Assembly: GCA_046563655.1 (NCBI GenBank) | Contig: CM102283.1 | Coordinates: 5,456,001 to 5,520,000 of the forward strand | Reading direction: 5' to 3' | Length of the DNA: 64,000 nucleotides | Origin: Yuukianura sp. NJ FZ-2021 | Taxonomy: Eukaryota | Shown: piece by piece, positions 27,133 to 39,855 of the stretch | Layout of the letters: every line of letters begins with the position of its first letter | Numbering within the stretch: position 1 is the first letter of the stretch | The notes under the pieces: model-generated | Told to the model about the DNA's origin: nothing | Database searches by the model: none | What the model saw: only the letters and a program-made list of their open reading frames with translations | Translations under genes and position numbers: made by a program

Positions 27133-27984
27133 ATGTATAACCGTCGTTATTATCCAATCTCCATATACCGTCGCGAAAGCCCTATCCGAAATCTACTTTT
27201 AGCAGTTGTGGCCTTGCTCGGTATCTCATCTGCTGTTCGCCGTAGAACAAAATGCAAGAGGGAAAAGTTGCCTATTCTTTTGAGTGGAACAACTTTTGTA
27301 TAAGTCATTTTGTTGGTTGTCATGAAACGATTTTCACTTTTTGGTACTTCGCAACTTTTTCTATAGTTGACCTTCAGTGACCCCTTACGTCTAAACGCCT
27401 GAACTAAACTATTGATACCCATACATTTGCTGAACCACGAGGTCAAGGGCTTTCCAACGACACCTTACTCGAGGGGGGTTGTCATAGGATGACCCCGTGA
27501 CCTTTGGTGACCCCTTGGGGTCAAACCGTTTGATGCCCCATCCGGACCCTGTACAAAAGTTGTTCCTATAGGTGTCGAGAACACGTGGTTAAATTTTCAG
27601 CCAAATCGTACGGGTCTGCTCTCGCCCATAAGCGAACTGCGTTGCCCTTTTTTGTAGTTAGTTAACCACTGAAGGGACGGTACAACCCACCCAATCCTAC
27701 CCCTTATCGTTTCACAGATGGAAGGTTTAACTAAATACAAGAGGTTCTGAACTTCCGAATCGTGACGTGACAAAGCCATTACCCGATCGGCTCCAATCAG
27801 GAAGACGCTATACAAGGGGAGGGGGGGGGGGGGGTTAACAGAGCGGGGGTATGTGTGGCGGGAAAATTAGAACGTTCAGACTAACCAATACAATATATTA
27901 CAGTGAATAATAATATAATTTAAGATTCAGTGATGTGCGTTGCCCGGTCCCGAAGAAGGTGGTCACGAGACTTACCAGCCCGAA

Positions 27985-30873
27985 TCAATGGGAGCTGTCT
28001 AACTCGGAACAAGTCAAAATTTCTGGTTGTTCCGAGGGCTGCAATTCTGCTGGTGCACTGATTCCATGTTTCCGTACTTGATGATACCGAAGAAGATCGG
28101 AGCGAGCGAATAGCTTATCACAGGCAGGGCAAGGAAATTTGTATTTGTCTCCTGTATGTTCACGATTCATATGAAGCATGAGATCCCTATGATGCTTGTA
28201 TTCTTTCCCACAAGTTTCTAAAAAAAAAAGATAAAAATAAAACCAATTGTAGTGGACGCTAAAATTAGGTTTTAAAACAAAGCATAGAAGAAAAAACCTA
28301 CCACAACAGTGCTCTCGGACATCCGAGTGGGCTAACATGTGCAGACGAAGTCGATTGTTTCTTGCAAATCGCTTTCCACAAATTTCACAACCAAATCCAC
28401 CTTGCCAAAAGTCAAAATACAATGCAATAAAATTAAAAAGTTGCACCTTAAACAATTGGATGTGTTATGACTTATGACGCTAGGCGTTTTTAACAGGATA
28501 TTACCTCGGTGAGAACGCTTGATATGTGCAGTGACCTTTTTCTCATCAGAAAATCGCTTTTGACACTCTGGACAGGCGAAAGGACGTGACTCATTATTGT
28601 CATGGGTAAAGTAGTGCCTCTTCAAAGCGACTTCATCAACCAGGATCATGCAACAGATATGACACTCGAAATCTCCAATCGGAATGGCTTCTGGTGGCGG
28701 CGCGGTACCCGTGTTCAAAACGTTATTTCCATAATGATTCTTGAGAACGATGTGTCTCCGCAGAATGTCTCTTCTGAAATAAGTTTTACCACAAACTGGG
28801 CATGGAAATCGTTCTCTCTGCGGAGCTTCCGTGTCAGTAGGATGAACTCTTTCCATATGACTCTTGAGGTCCTTCTTGTGGCGGTACTTTTTGCCACAAT
28901 CTGGCACAGGACAAAGGTGGGTTCCAGCAGAATGTGTAACAAAATGTATGTCTAATTTTGTTTGTAACCCGAAACGTTTTCCACATCCAGGAAATGAACA
29001 CTCGAAATCGTTTCTCTTCGCATGTAGGTAACGAACGTGAGCTTGAACTCCGGCGGCAGTGGAAAAGCGTAAACTACAGTCTTCAATAGGGCAAGTGTAC
29101 ATGGACGAAGCGGCTCCTTCGGGATGGCGTGACAACTGATGAGATTTTAGAAGAATTTCAGAAGGCAATATCATGTTACAGATGAAGCATTGAACGGGTA
29201 TTTTTTCGTCTTGATGATAGCGTGAATGATAGCGGAGGTCGTTGAAGAAAAAGAAAGTTTTACCACAGACTTGGCATAGGTGAGTCTTTTGTTCCGGATG
29301 AGATTCGTTGAGGTGCTCCATGTAACTCTTACGGTCGTTGTGTTTGGCATTACAAAAGACGCAATTGTGGTACTTTTCGCGATGATTGAGCCGAATATGA
29401 TTAGCAAGGATTTCTTCGGTAGCGAACTTTTTTTCACAGTAAGAGCAAGAGATTGTGCGTGGAAGTCGATTTGAAGCGGCTTGCGATGAAGACCTGGATG
29501 AATGAACGGTGCTTTCGGTATGTCGCCGAAGCTTCCAACCATCACGAAACCGTGCATGGCATACCAAGCACTCGTACTTACGTTTTGCATTTGGAGAATG
29601 ACCGGCCGAATTGGATTTGCTTCTGCGCAAGATCCTTTTTGCACAACCTGTTGATTTCAGAAAAAGTAATGCAATTAACTGCCTGCGTTGTGTGACTTTT
29701 GTATTCATTCGAAGTTTACACTGATGTAAAATGAGGGAAAGAATTTAGAAGGTTTCAACTTACGAGTGTTGGTAGGAACTTCATCTTCACTGTTGTTTTC
29801 AATTTTGACACGGAATTCATTACTTCGACTGGAGAAATCAGACTCATTTGTATTCGATCCAGCACTTTGATATGACGTATCACCATTTTCATCTTCTGGA
29901 TTTGTAAGCAACTGATCCATTAAACCACTGCTAGACTTCTGAAATCTCGGTAAGTCTTCCAGATGTGCAGAAGTTCTTAAATGTCTTCGTAACTTCCAAC
30001 TATCTTGAAAACTGAGCTTACACTTTTTGCATTTAAAGTTGCTTTTCCGTATTCTCGCTGAGATTTTCGGTTGATAGTCAGTGCATTCGGAACCATTAGC
30101 GTCGTCGTCAGCATCATCACCTGTTTTCAATCCCCGGCAACAATAAATAACTTGAATAGGAATAGAATGACCATTATTACGTGCTTCAAAACAATCTTAC
30201 GTGAATCGCTCGGTGTTTCTCCGTTGGAATTTGTCTGGATACGTACGTCTGAGTTTTGTTTTTGAGTTCTACGGCTCAGTATTTTACATGCCCGAGACTT
30301 CGACTTCAAAGCATTGGCATGCCTGCGCTTCAGTTCTTTCAAACGCTGAGATGATATAGGAGGACTTATGAGGTCAAAGTCATCTTCCTCTGGTTCATTT
30401 TGCACCAGTTCGCACAACTGGACCGTTTGGAGCTCCTCATCATGATCCTCCGCTTTTAGACCAATATTGCGAATGATGGTATGAATTGTTGACAGATCGG
30501 ACTCATTTTCACAACCGCCTAGATTGACCGCAGATTTGTAGTGATCACGTAAAAGTGTTTGTAAGTCGTCTTTTATGCTTCGCAATTTCAGATGCAGTCT
30601 TGCAATTGTATTAACGGTAAAGTCAGCGTGGAAAATCAGTTCTTGACATCTTAGACAAAATTGAGCACTGGCAAATGTCCGTTCGAAGGCACCATACTCC
30701 AAGTCCAATGTTGTACAAAGGGAAGTAAGCGAACTCGTTCTCCATTGATGCAGAATATTTTCTTTGGTCTGCTTTTCAGATTTAGATGCTACGGAATCGA
30801 TTGGCTGCATCATAAATTGATTGAGTGGAGTAGTGCTACCACACCAAAAGCAAAGGCAGCGTAGTTCCGTCAT
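27985..30873 (-). CDS. ZAD-like N-terminal domain plus multi-C2H2 zinc-finger protein
   Basis: N-terminal CFWC...FCLRC pair and more than 12 C2H2 fingers (e.g. CQVCGKTFFFFNDLRYHSRYH, CPVCGKTYFRRDILRRHIVLKNH) over about 5 exons. Confidence 0.85.
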
Positions 30874-32949
30874 AACAGTCTGAAATTGCTTGATGACTCT
30901 GCAAATAAAAGAAATATACACATTGTGATATCATTCATTATTGCAATTCAAAATATCATTCAAAACACTACTTACACAACCACTAACTACGTTCATTTAG
31001 TATCACGTTTTACCTTAATTATAATGAACAGCTGATGTGCAGGTTAAAATGGAAAATGTTTAGATTTAACTTTAATTACTTTTAGTGATAGTACTGCAGC
31101 AATTACTACCGCTTACCGATTTATCTACATAGCACAGCCGAGTTCATCTTACAACTTGCAAAACGATGCAACGTACTATTATGGTGCTTCTCCAAGAAGT
31201 GACGTCTGAGCTTGCCTAAAAGTATAGGTTCAACATCCATTCAACAAGGATAAGGACAAGGAAAACTGATCCTATTTTGGGGTCTGGCTAAATCTCGGAT
31301 ATCGCACTCGTCAGATTCGTCGGATATGTATGAGGGGTACACGTTGCCAACCCGCGAGCTGTAATAGGGTACCTGGTAAGGTCAAGGTCTTTTAAAAACT
31401 TTACCATACTTAACTTTAACCATTGAAATATAACTTCAACTCGGTAGAGATTGAGCGACTTATTTTTTAAAAATTCGAGGAGTCCGAGCTAATAATTTCA
31501 TTTTAAAAATGAAATGAATAAAGGAGTATCTAAAAAAATAAAATGAATAAATTTGGAATTATTTAATATTATTTAGTAAATCTTTGAAGGAATGGGCATA
31601 TCGCTATTTAATGTTTTTTATTTTACACTTTTGTTTTATTTTACACATTTTTTCATAAAAATTATTTGCATCTATATTGTAAACTATATTTAAGTTATAA
31701 AGTCTAATCAAATTCAAATTTGACGAAAAAATAACTAATTTGAAAGTGACTCGGTTAAAGTCAATCGAAAACGCTTGAACCCTATAGTAACCACTTTAAA
31801 CCATCGCTTAAAAGCAGGGTCGAGCGAATCCATCCTTCCAAGCTTTCTATAGTGTAAAAACGAAAATCCTGGAAAAGTTTCAGCATATTTCCAACTATGC
31901 ATGGACCTACTATAATAATATAACCAAAGTCCAAAGCTCTTAAAACGCTTAACATGGAGCTTCAAAATATTTTAGAACATTTGAAGAGCAAAAATACATC
32001 ATGAACAACGAACAGGGTGGTTTGGTTAAAAGTGATGCAAGTCACACACAATAGGATTTGAAAAGAAATTGAGGTTTTATTGTCTTTTCAAATCACTTTC
32101 ACAAATACAACTTCAATTTTGCTCCACTTTTCAACCTCAACTTCTATAGCTTCCAGTAAATCAAAAAAAAATCATTTTGACAGATGAAGTTTTGAGGTCA
32201 CGAAGAAAGTTTCCAGATCCGGCAAATGTGCTCTTGCCGGTTTGAGTGACATTTTGCACAACTTTTTTTTCCCTTGCGAGTGAAGGAGGGTGAAAGAGAA
32301 AGCTGAGGGGTAAGTTCATTACTAACTGAGGTAACATTAGAAGGCGTAATAAATTCCAAAACCACTACACCGTTCTCCAAACGGTTTTCGTTAATTATCT
32401 GTAACTGCTACGATCAAGGATAAAAATTCGTTTTAGGAATGACCTCAAGTGACATGTAATGTAAAAGGCCAAAGCTACGTTTTCTTAACAATTCGCAATT
32501 GACAATTGACCGATTCGGAAACGGTTTGCAGAGACGAATCTTTGAGGACGCTAGGACTAACATTCGGACTGTTGTTTGACCTGAATTGACCTCTAACAAT
32601 GTCAGAAATCGAGGTCAACCATATTATACACGTGAATTCTAGATAATTTAGTCTGACGATACTTATATCGTTTTTGCAAGAAATATATTTATTGGAAAGA
32701 AATAACTTTTCCAAAAATTTTATACAATATGAAAACTAATGAGAACAAACTCTCAAACTCGCGCAAATATGAAATCTTCTCGCTCTCTGTCATTCAGAGC
32801 ATTTAGAATCTAAAAATGTCAGAAACGTGTTAACTTAAACATACTCCAAACTCTATTAATCAATTTGAGCAATTCTAGCTTAACTATATTTAACTAATTA
32901 TTTATTTTAAATTTTACTTTTGTTTTAGACTGCTTTTGCATCATATTTC

Positions 32950-35440
32950 TCAAGATCCCAATTTGTCACTGCCCTGTCTGGCTCTAAATATGACATTAAA
33001 GGGACACGTTTCTTTGGTTAAACCATGAACATCTTCTTCTTCGGGAAGTTCATGCTCTGGGTCCAAATAAATGGAAGCTAAAGTTTTGAATTAAAATAAC
33101 AGCAGCAAACATCATGTTGATCTTCCCCAATAGTTCTCCAATACATCTTCGTTTTCCTAAAGAAAAAAAAATATCAACAAATATTTGGATATACTTTCAA
33201 AGTCTGGAAAAAATGTAGACTATAATATTAATATGTTTTATTAGTGTCATATTTTTACATTACCAAGTCCAAAACTGAAAATTTTTTCAGTATTGATGAG
33301 CGTGTTGTGCTTGGATAAAAAGCGAGTGGGATCAAATTTTGTTGGGTTGTCCCATACCGCCGGATCTTCATTTGCAGCTTGAATGTTCAACATGATCAAA
33401 CTTCCCTAAGGTTACAAAATAATTTAACGTTTTAAAACTAATCAGTTATTTCATTTCCTAAAAACTGGTGATTTGAAAAATAGATTTGAAGGAGTTCTCC
33501 AAAATTGTTTTATAAAAATATTTTTTTGCTTTTTGAATTTGTTGATAGTATTATGGAAAAAACTTTAATATTTTTGTCAAAGGACTTACTTTTTTGATGA
33601 CATATTCTCGAAATTTCCAGTCCTCAAATAGTTTTCGAGGTGCAACTGGAAGAGAAGCACCTAATCTGTTTTGTATTTTACAAACATAAACATAGATGTC
33701 ACGAAGCAATTTCTTTTTAATTGTAGTTTGTTAGTAAATATTTTAAGCAATTTCTGAAGTATCTTTACCTGAACAATTCGTAGATTGTGGCCTTTAAGTA
33801 CGGTAACCTATACCAAGGTTTCAAAAAAGTTAAGGTAGGTACTGGAATTTTGGAGCTCTGAGAATAAAACTTTTCCAAATTTTGAATATTTTGGAAAAAC
33901 TTACTTGGGAAGATCACTTTCAATGACCAATCGTGTGTTGCCTACGGCCTGATCCACTTCGTCTTGCAATTTTCTCTGAAGATCTGGAATTGTCAACATG
34001 TATCTGATCAAAAGTTTTAACAAATTTGATTGCGTATCGGTTCCGCCAATTGCAAAATCTTCTAACGTAGACTCCAAATTTTCATCTATAAAGTTGCAAT
34101 ATTTAAATTAATTAATGTTTTATACATAATTATAGTAATTCTAATATAATTTTTGTGAAGACATTAACCTGTGAAGATGGACGTTTGTTTATCTTCAGGT
34201 TTAACATCGGCTGTATCTATGTTATACAAAAATTCATCCAAGAAATTTTCTTGACATAATTTGTAAGTTCCCTCTGCACGTTGGTCGGCAATCGCTTTCT
34301 AAAATTTACAATATTAAATATATGTTGAAAATTAAAGAAATCGGACGCATTTAGTTTTAAACTATTCAACTTTTGTGATATACTTTCACAATTTTGCTCC
34401 ACTTTCGACAAGTTTCGATTAAATCCGCAAATCCAGTAAATTTCGGGAAGAGTGTTGCAAGTTGTGGAAAAACTGAAACGACGTTTGCACCGCATGATAT
34501 TGCTCTCATGTAGTCGTTGACGGCGGTCAAATGTTTTTGTATTTTGGGCTCCGAAGGATTGTGTTTTTTTCCGGTGACATGAGTCCAAACATTATTCAAA
34601 AAGAAGCCATTAAATTGTGTTGACAACTTGATACGCAATTCGCCTCCTTCCATTTGCTTTTTAAGATCATCACAAAACTCAGCAAATTCGTCAATGACGA
34701 TATTCGTCAGTTTGGTTCTGTCTTTGAATCCATGGCGCCGAAGCACATTTTGACAAAATGTTCTCGTTTCCCACCACATCTTGGGTGAGGCGTTGAACAG
34801 CCCTTAATATCAATTAATTACTAATTTATTTAATATTATTCGTTATTTTCAAGTTGTTTACTAATATTTGAGTACCAATTTGAGCAAAGTTTGTTTTGGT
34901 CAAAACCCAAATATCTTTTTCGTCAAGATGACTGAGCAACTCTTCACGAGTTGCCACTTCAGACAAAACTGCGTGATCATTCAACACGACTGAAATCAAA
35001 TGTATGACTTGGAATCAGTTTGGATACTTTTGTATATATTTTTATTAATATTATATTACTATATATTATTTATTTTTTATTCATGTTACCAGCGTCTGTC
35101 GAGCCAAGCCGTAAGCTAAAAATCGGTCCATATTTTTTCCCCAGTTTTTTAAGTGCGACTGCTGGTTTTTTGTGGTCAGCCAATAGAAAAGGAATCAGAG
35201 ATCCCACTATTGGGAGTTTCGGAGGACCTAACAATACAACAATGTCACTAAACCTAGCTTAAACAATAAAGTTATAAAATCATGAAAACTAATAATATAA
35301 AACCTGAAGTAATTAATGTCGCAGTTTGTCTTACCTGGTGGAAGGCTGTACTTGGATTCCTTCTTTCTCAAAAAAGAAATAGTCCATTTCAGAAAAAGAG
35401 TGGGAACAATCAGAAAAAAAGCCAAGAAAATTGCTAGCAT
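32950..35440 (-). pseudogene. Cytochrome P450 (CYP2 clan-like), multi-exon, frameshifted in last exon
   Basis: Membrane anchor plus LPPG, I-helix DFAIGGTDT, ExxR (YELFR), FDPTRF and heme motif FSFGLGKRRCIG. A 4-bp duplication at 33065-33072 causes a premature TGA at 33050-33052. Confidence 0.8.
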
Positions 35441-38400
35441 GATGAACGTTATTCTCCAAAAATTTTTGAGCAACTGAGTCGTAAATGGAACGCGTCAAGG
35501 TACTTATGAAGTCAAACTTTTGAAAAAATTGGGAAAAACTTTATCCTTCAAAAACTGGAAAAGGCGATAGCCTTCGAGGTGTGACAACTTGTGATTCCCA
35601 AACCCTTATTATTGCTTGTTTATCAATTAGTTTGCCTAGATTTATTAATCTTAGGCGACAACTATAGACTAACAAGAACTGGAAAAAATGTTTACTTGAA
35701 AAACATAAACTGGTTTTGAGTGGCGTTCGTTACACGTGCCACTTGTTTTGCTATTATCTAGCCATTTCCTATTTTTTTATTTTGCAAATCTAGCATTAGC
35801 CCAACCTAGTCAAATCAAGCCAACTTTAACAACAGCTTTTAACAAAAAGTTTAACAAAAGCATTATTTATTTTGTCATTTTTTTTTAAACTGACTCGCTC
35901 GTGGCCTTGAACATGCACCTTCGAGAAAAATAGAATTGACTTCATGATTTTGTTTCAAGGAAAGTTTCTAAAAACAAAAAATGAGTCGTTGAAACAACAA
36001 ACAAAACTTGTTTTTTTTTAAATTTAACTTCATATGTGATAAGTTCAGTTGTTTTTTTAAAACATCCCATTAAAAAGCTAAAACTAGGTTTTTTTTAAGT
36101 GCTTACCATTGTATTAATTTTTTCTATACTTGTACACCAACTTTTAGTACTTTTGTACGGACTATTGTTTTACTGGATACAAACATTCAAAGTTTTTGTC
36201 TCCACTCGACTCCTTGCTCTCATGATGGAAATAGCAAAGTATACCATTTGTTGGCCCTAAATTCAAATCCGAGTTTTTTAAATGACAGAGATTAAACAAA
36301 ATTGAAGATTATTTGGAATTCATTTTTGATTAGACGCTATCGTTCATTCTGATTTTCTGCAAGTCGTTGATTGAGGGCCTAAACTTTCCGCGGGCCTAAT
36401 TATTTAGGGCCTCAATACAAAGTGGGCCTAAAAGTTTAGGGCCTAGTTCATAGGGCTTTAATGGCATGAATCTATTTCACCCAAAGTTTGTTCCGAATCT
36501 GGAATGAATTTTGGTGACTTTCCTTTGAGTCACTGCGTACTCTGCATTGATAATCCACCAACCACTCCCCTTCATTTCATGAAGTTACTGTGACTCATTT
36601 TTCCAAATTAGGTCCATTGTCAGTGCGGCTCAGCCAAACAAAACAATGACAGCCATCTACCTAGCCACTCCAAGTCACCGGACCTTCATGAACGGAAGTG
36701 TGTGGACGATACGTAGGCATAGCATTGCTGTCCGAGTCTTGACGTACATTTTCGTTAGGCGGCAAACGTCACCTAGAGTAGGTTAACCTTACACAGCCAA
36801 ACAACGGCATTAAAAACGACGGGGGTCAAGATTTGTCCGTTCGTAAGTGTCCTAGAACGACTTTTCTTCCTTGCTAGCTTCTAAAAGTAAAACAAAAAAA
36901 AAACCCAAAACCTAAAAGCCTCAAAACTGAAACCTTGGAGAAGTTCATAGCGTCCCAGTATTTGATTGTCCTAGAGAAAGGAACAATGCCAGGATGTAAA
37001 GGGCCTTGAGCCAATGCGACTCAAAGGGACGGGGGCCCTTTGGATGTCACGGAGAAAGGTCTTGTGGGTCCGATAATGTTGATCCTGGTGATTGAACGTG
37101 ATGGTCGTGGTGATAGGTTGTATAGGGGGATGACTTGCTACACCGTTCATCCTGCATGCATGTTAGTAGTACTTCAGTTCCTTCACACTTCCTAAAGTGA
37201 CTTTGTAACTTTGGTTTTGCTACTGCCGTTTCGCAGCAACGTGGGTGTGTGGGAAGTAGCCAAAAAGGAAGGATGTCGTGGGAGGTTGGTGGTGGTGTAA
37301 AGTGCTTGGTCAATCCAGAGTTATCCGATCTTCAAAAGCCCACGATGATGAGTAGTAACACAAATTTACACCAAAAACGTGTTAATTAACTGAGAGAATG
37401 AAGCAGTAAAGTTCACTTTCTGCAGTACATCGACAGAAAAGCTCTGGATTACGCAACAAAGTCTTTGTACTAACTTAAATTTGAAGAAGTAGTTAAATCA
37501 AGTAAGTTCCAAAATGAATTGTGATTAATGGGGAACAACAACCAAAAGTGACAGCAATAACCTAACCACGAACAGTAAACCACAGTAAACCACCATAGAA
37601 AGAACACAAAGGTAATTTACAAAAGTTCATTGTTATTTCTACATAGTTAAATTTGGAATAAATTTTCCCAGTTCTTGGAATTGGACAATTGGTTACACTA
37701 GTTTTAGTTAACCGCATTAGTCTACACTTTAGTAGACTTAAGTTAGTTCCTTCCGTCACAGCAATTTGTGCGTGCTTAAATCTAACTTTTTCCGATGCTT
37801 TTGTTTCTCAAGTCGATTGCTCAATTTCCCTAATGTACGTCAATTAACTTGACGCATCAAAATTCCATAAGGAAAGACTAATTTTCGGATTGCTCACTAC
37901 TTGGCTGATTTTGAATTCCAGGTTTTACAAATCACTTTATCTGTGAACATTTATCGGAATGAGAGGGCTACACTTGCTCAAATTCTGGTGAAAAAAGTGA
38001 CACCACTATTCGTTTGGTTAAACAGTTTGCAGATTTAGTCAAAACAGGCTTCCGGTTTAATAACTTTGGAACGTCAGTTCTCGCGTGCGTGCTAAAACAC
38101 AGTGAGACTTTTAGAAGCGGAAAGTGAAAGTAAACGTTAGCAAAAAAGTAGAAAAGTGCGAATACTACTTTTAATAGTTACGTGTTTAAAAAGTTGCGTG
38201 GAGGTGAGTGACCTGTGCGGACGCAGATTCTAGGGTAAGACTCTTTTGCAGAAAATTTGCTAAATACAAAATTGCTTTACAAATTTTCAAAATTCAGCAC
38301 GGAAATTTAGTTACGTTTCTCATTTTGACATTTCTGGTTTTAGATTTTTGAAAAAATATTTTAATTATGGTTTACTTTTCTACTATTTTTTTAAAAGTAG

Positions 38401-39855
38401 TCAAAAACATGTTTGTGAAATGTTCTTGGGAGAGGTCAAAGGTCAGGATCGAAGTGAGGATGTTGATGTAACAGCATGAACTATTCCTCATTTTACGTAC
38501 AAAAAAACGTTGAGTCATCCTTATGACCTCAATCAATTCTTCTAGAAAACGTGTTTGGAATTGATTTTTGGAGTTGGTTGGAAAGTAACTGAATACGATA
38601 ACAGTCACAAGGTTAACAGTATTTTCAACTGTGAATAATCTAATACGAAATGTTTTTTTTAGTGAATTCCGACAGTTTTATGTTAGTTTAAATCTTTGAC
38701 GTAAAAATATTTTACGGGGTTGGAAAAAACAAAAATGTCTGGCATCAACCAGAGTCATAATTTATTTCAAATTGGTAAAAAGAAAAAAAAAATTCCCTTC
38801 AGAAATATTTTCACGGGGTTCCAACAGTGTGCAAATTTTTCGCTTCCTTCCTATCGCGTCATTTTAGAAATATTTCGTTTTTTTTTGGCTCACAATTTTT
38901 TTTCACCACTTGAAAGTCCGTAAATCTTACCTGCTTTTGAGAGGTTTGTTGATTTTAAACACTTCCGACGATAGAATTATATGATGCAAGGACTTTTGCA
39001 AAAATTTCAGAAAAACTGCGTTGTTACATAATTTTTATTTTTAAAATGGTCTTAATGTTGCTGTTTCTGGAGCTGCATAACTCTCAGAGGAATTTACTGT
39101 GGAGTAAACGACGAAAAAATGGAGTGGTTTTAAAATGCTAAAGAAAGAAGTCAGTAATTTTCCAAACACAAAAAAAAAAGTTTACTAAAGTGTAAATCCA
39201 AATGCACTTAAATTTGACACTTTGACGTGTGTTTTTTTCTAAAAGCTTATTTGGAAGACAAACTACCAGCACAACCTAAATTAATTTCGTCACGAGAGAC
39301 CTTGACCCACACCACTAATATTTCATTTCACAAGTTTGCTCGTCCTGCTTATGTTTGATGCAGAATGGGACGCTTGTGAGCGGAAAATTGTGGACAGGAA
39401 TTCCAAACGTGAACGGAATTTTTGGACATTGACATTCTACGTCCCGGTTTAGTAGAATGTTCAACTACGAATTATACTTCGCACCTAGTGTCCAAGAATT
39501 ACTAACTGTCTATGGCTCCGTCCATAAATATCCGTCAACACTTTCCGTTCACGAACGACTTGTTTTGCAAATTGGAAGCATCTTTCCTTATTCCTTACCC
39601 CAACATCCACCCCCTCATCCAATTCCTTTATCATCGTGCTCATCTTTACTACTTTCGTGAGACTCACTTGAACTCGTGCCATTTAGCAGTTTATCCCGTG
39701 ACCTCTTACGCGCAGTTACTAAATCCAGATCATTCTCAGTTTCAGATTTGGCCTCCAGGATATTTAGCAAAATGGAGTTGAGTATACGAGTCGCAGGAAA
39801 TTTCAACCATTTATGAGATTGTTAATTTTTTAATTGGAAGTTCTACTTGGAAACA

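Noticed and set aside
27140-27830. Putative non-autonomous repeat after the hAT-like element (similar-looking stretch at ~55330-55570)
   Set aside because: Looks repeat-like with small palindromes, but no TIR or TSD could be defined.
36650-37350. Possible spliced gene on - strand between the P450 and the fog-like gene
   Set aside because: Splice-like signals are present but only short ORFs without recognisable motifs; it could be UTR or lncRNA and cannot be supported.
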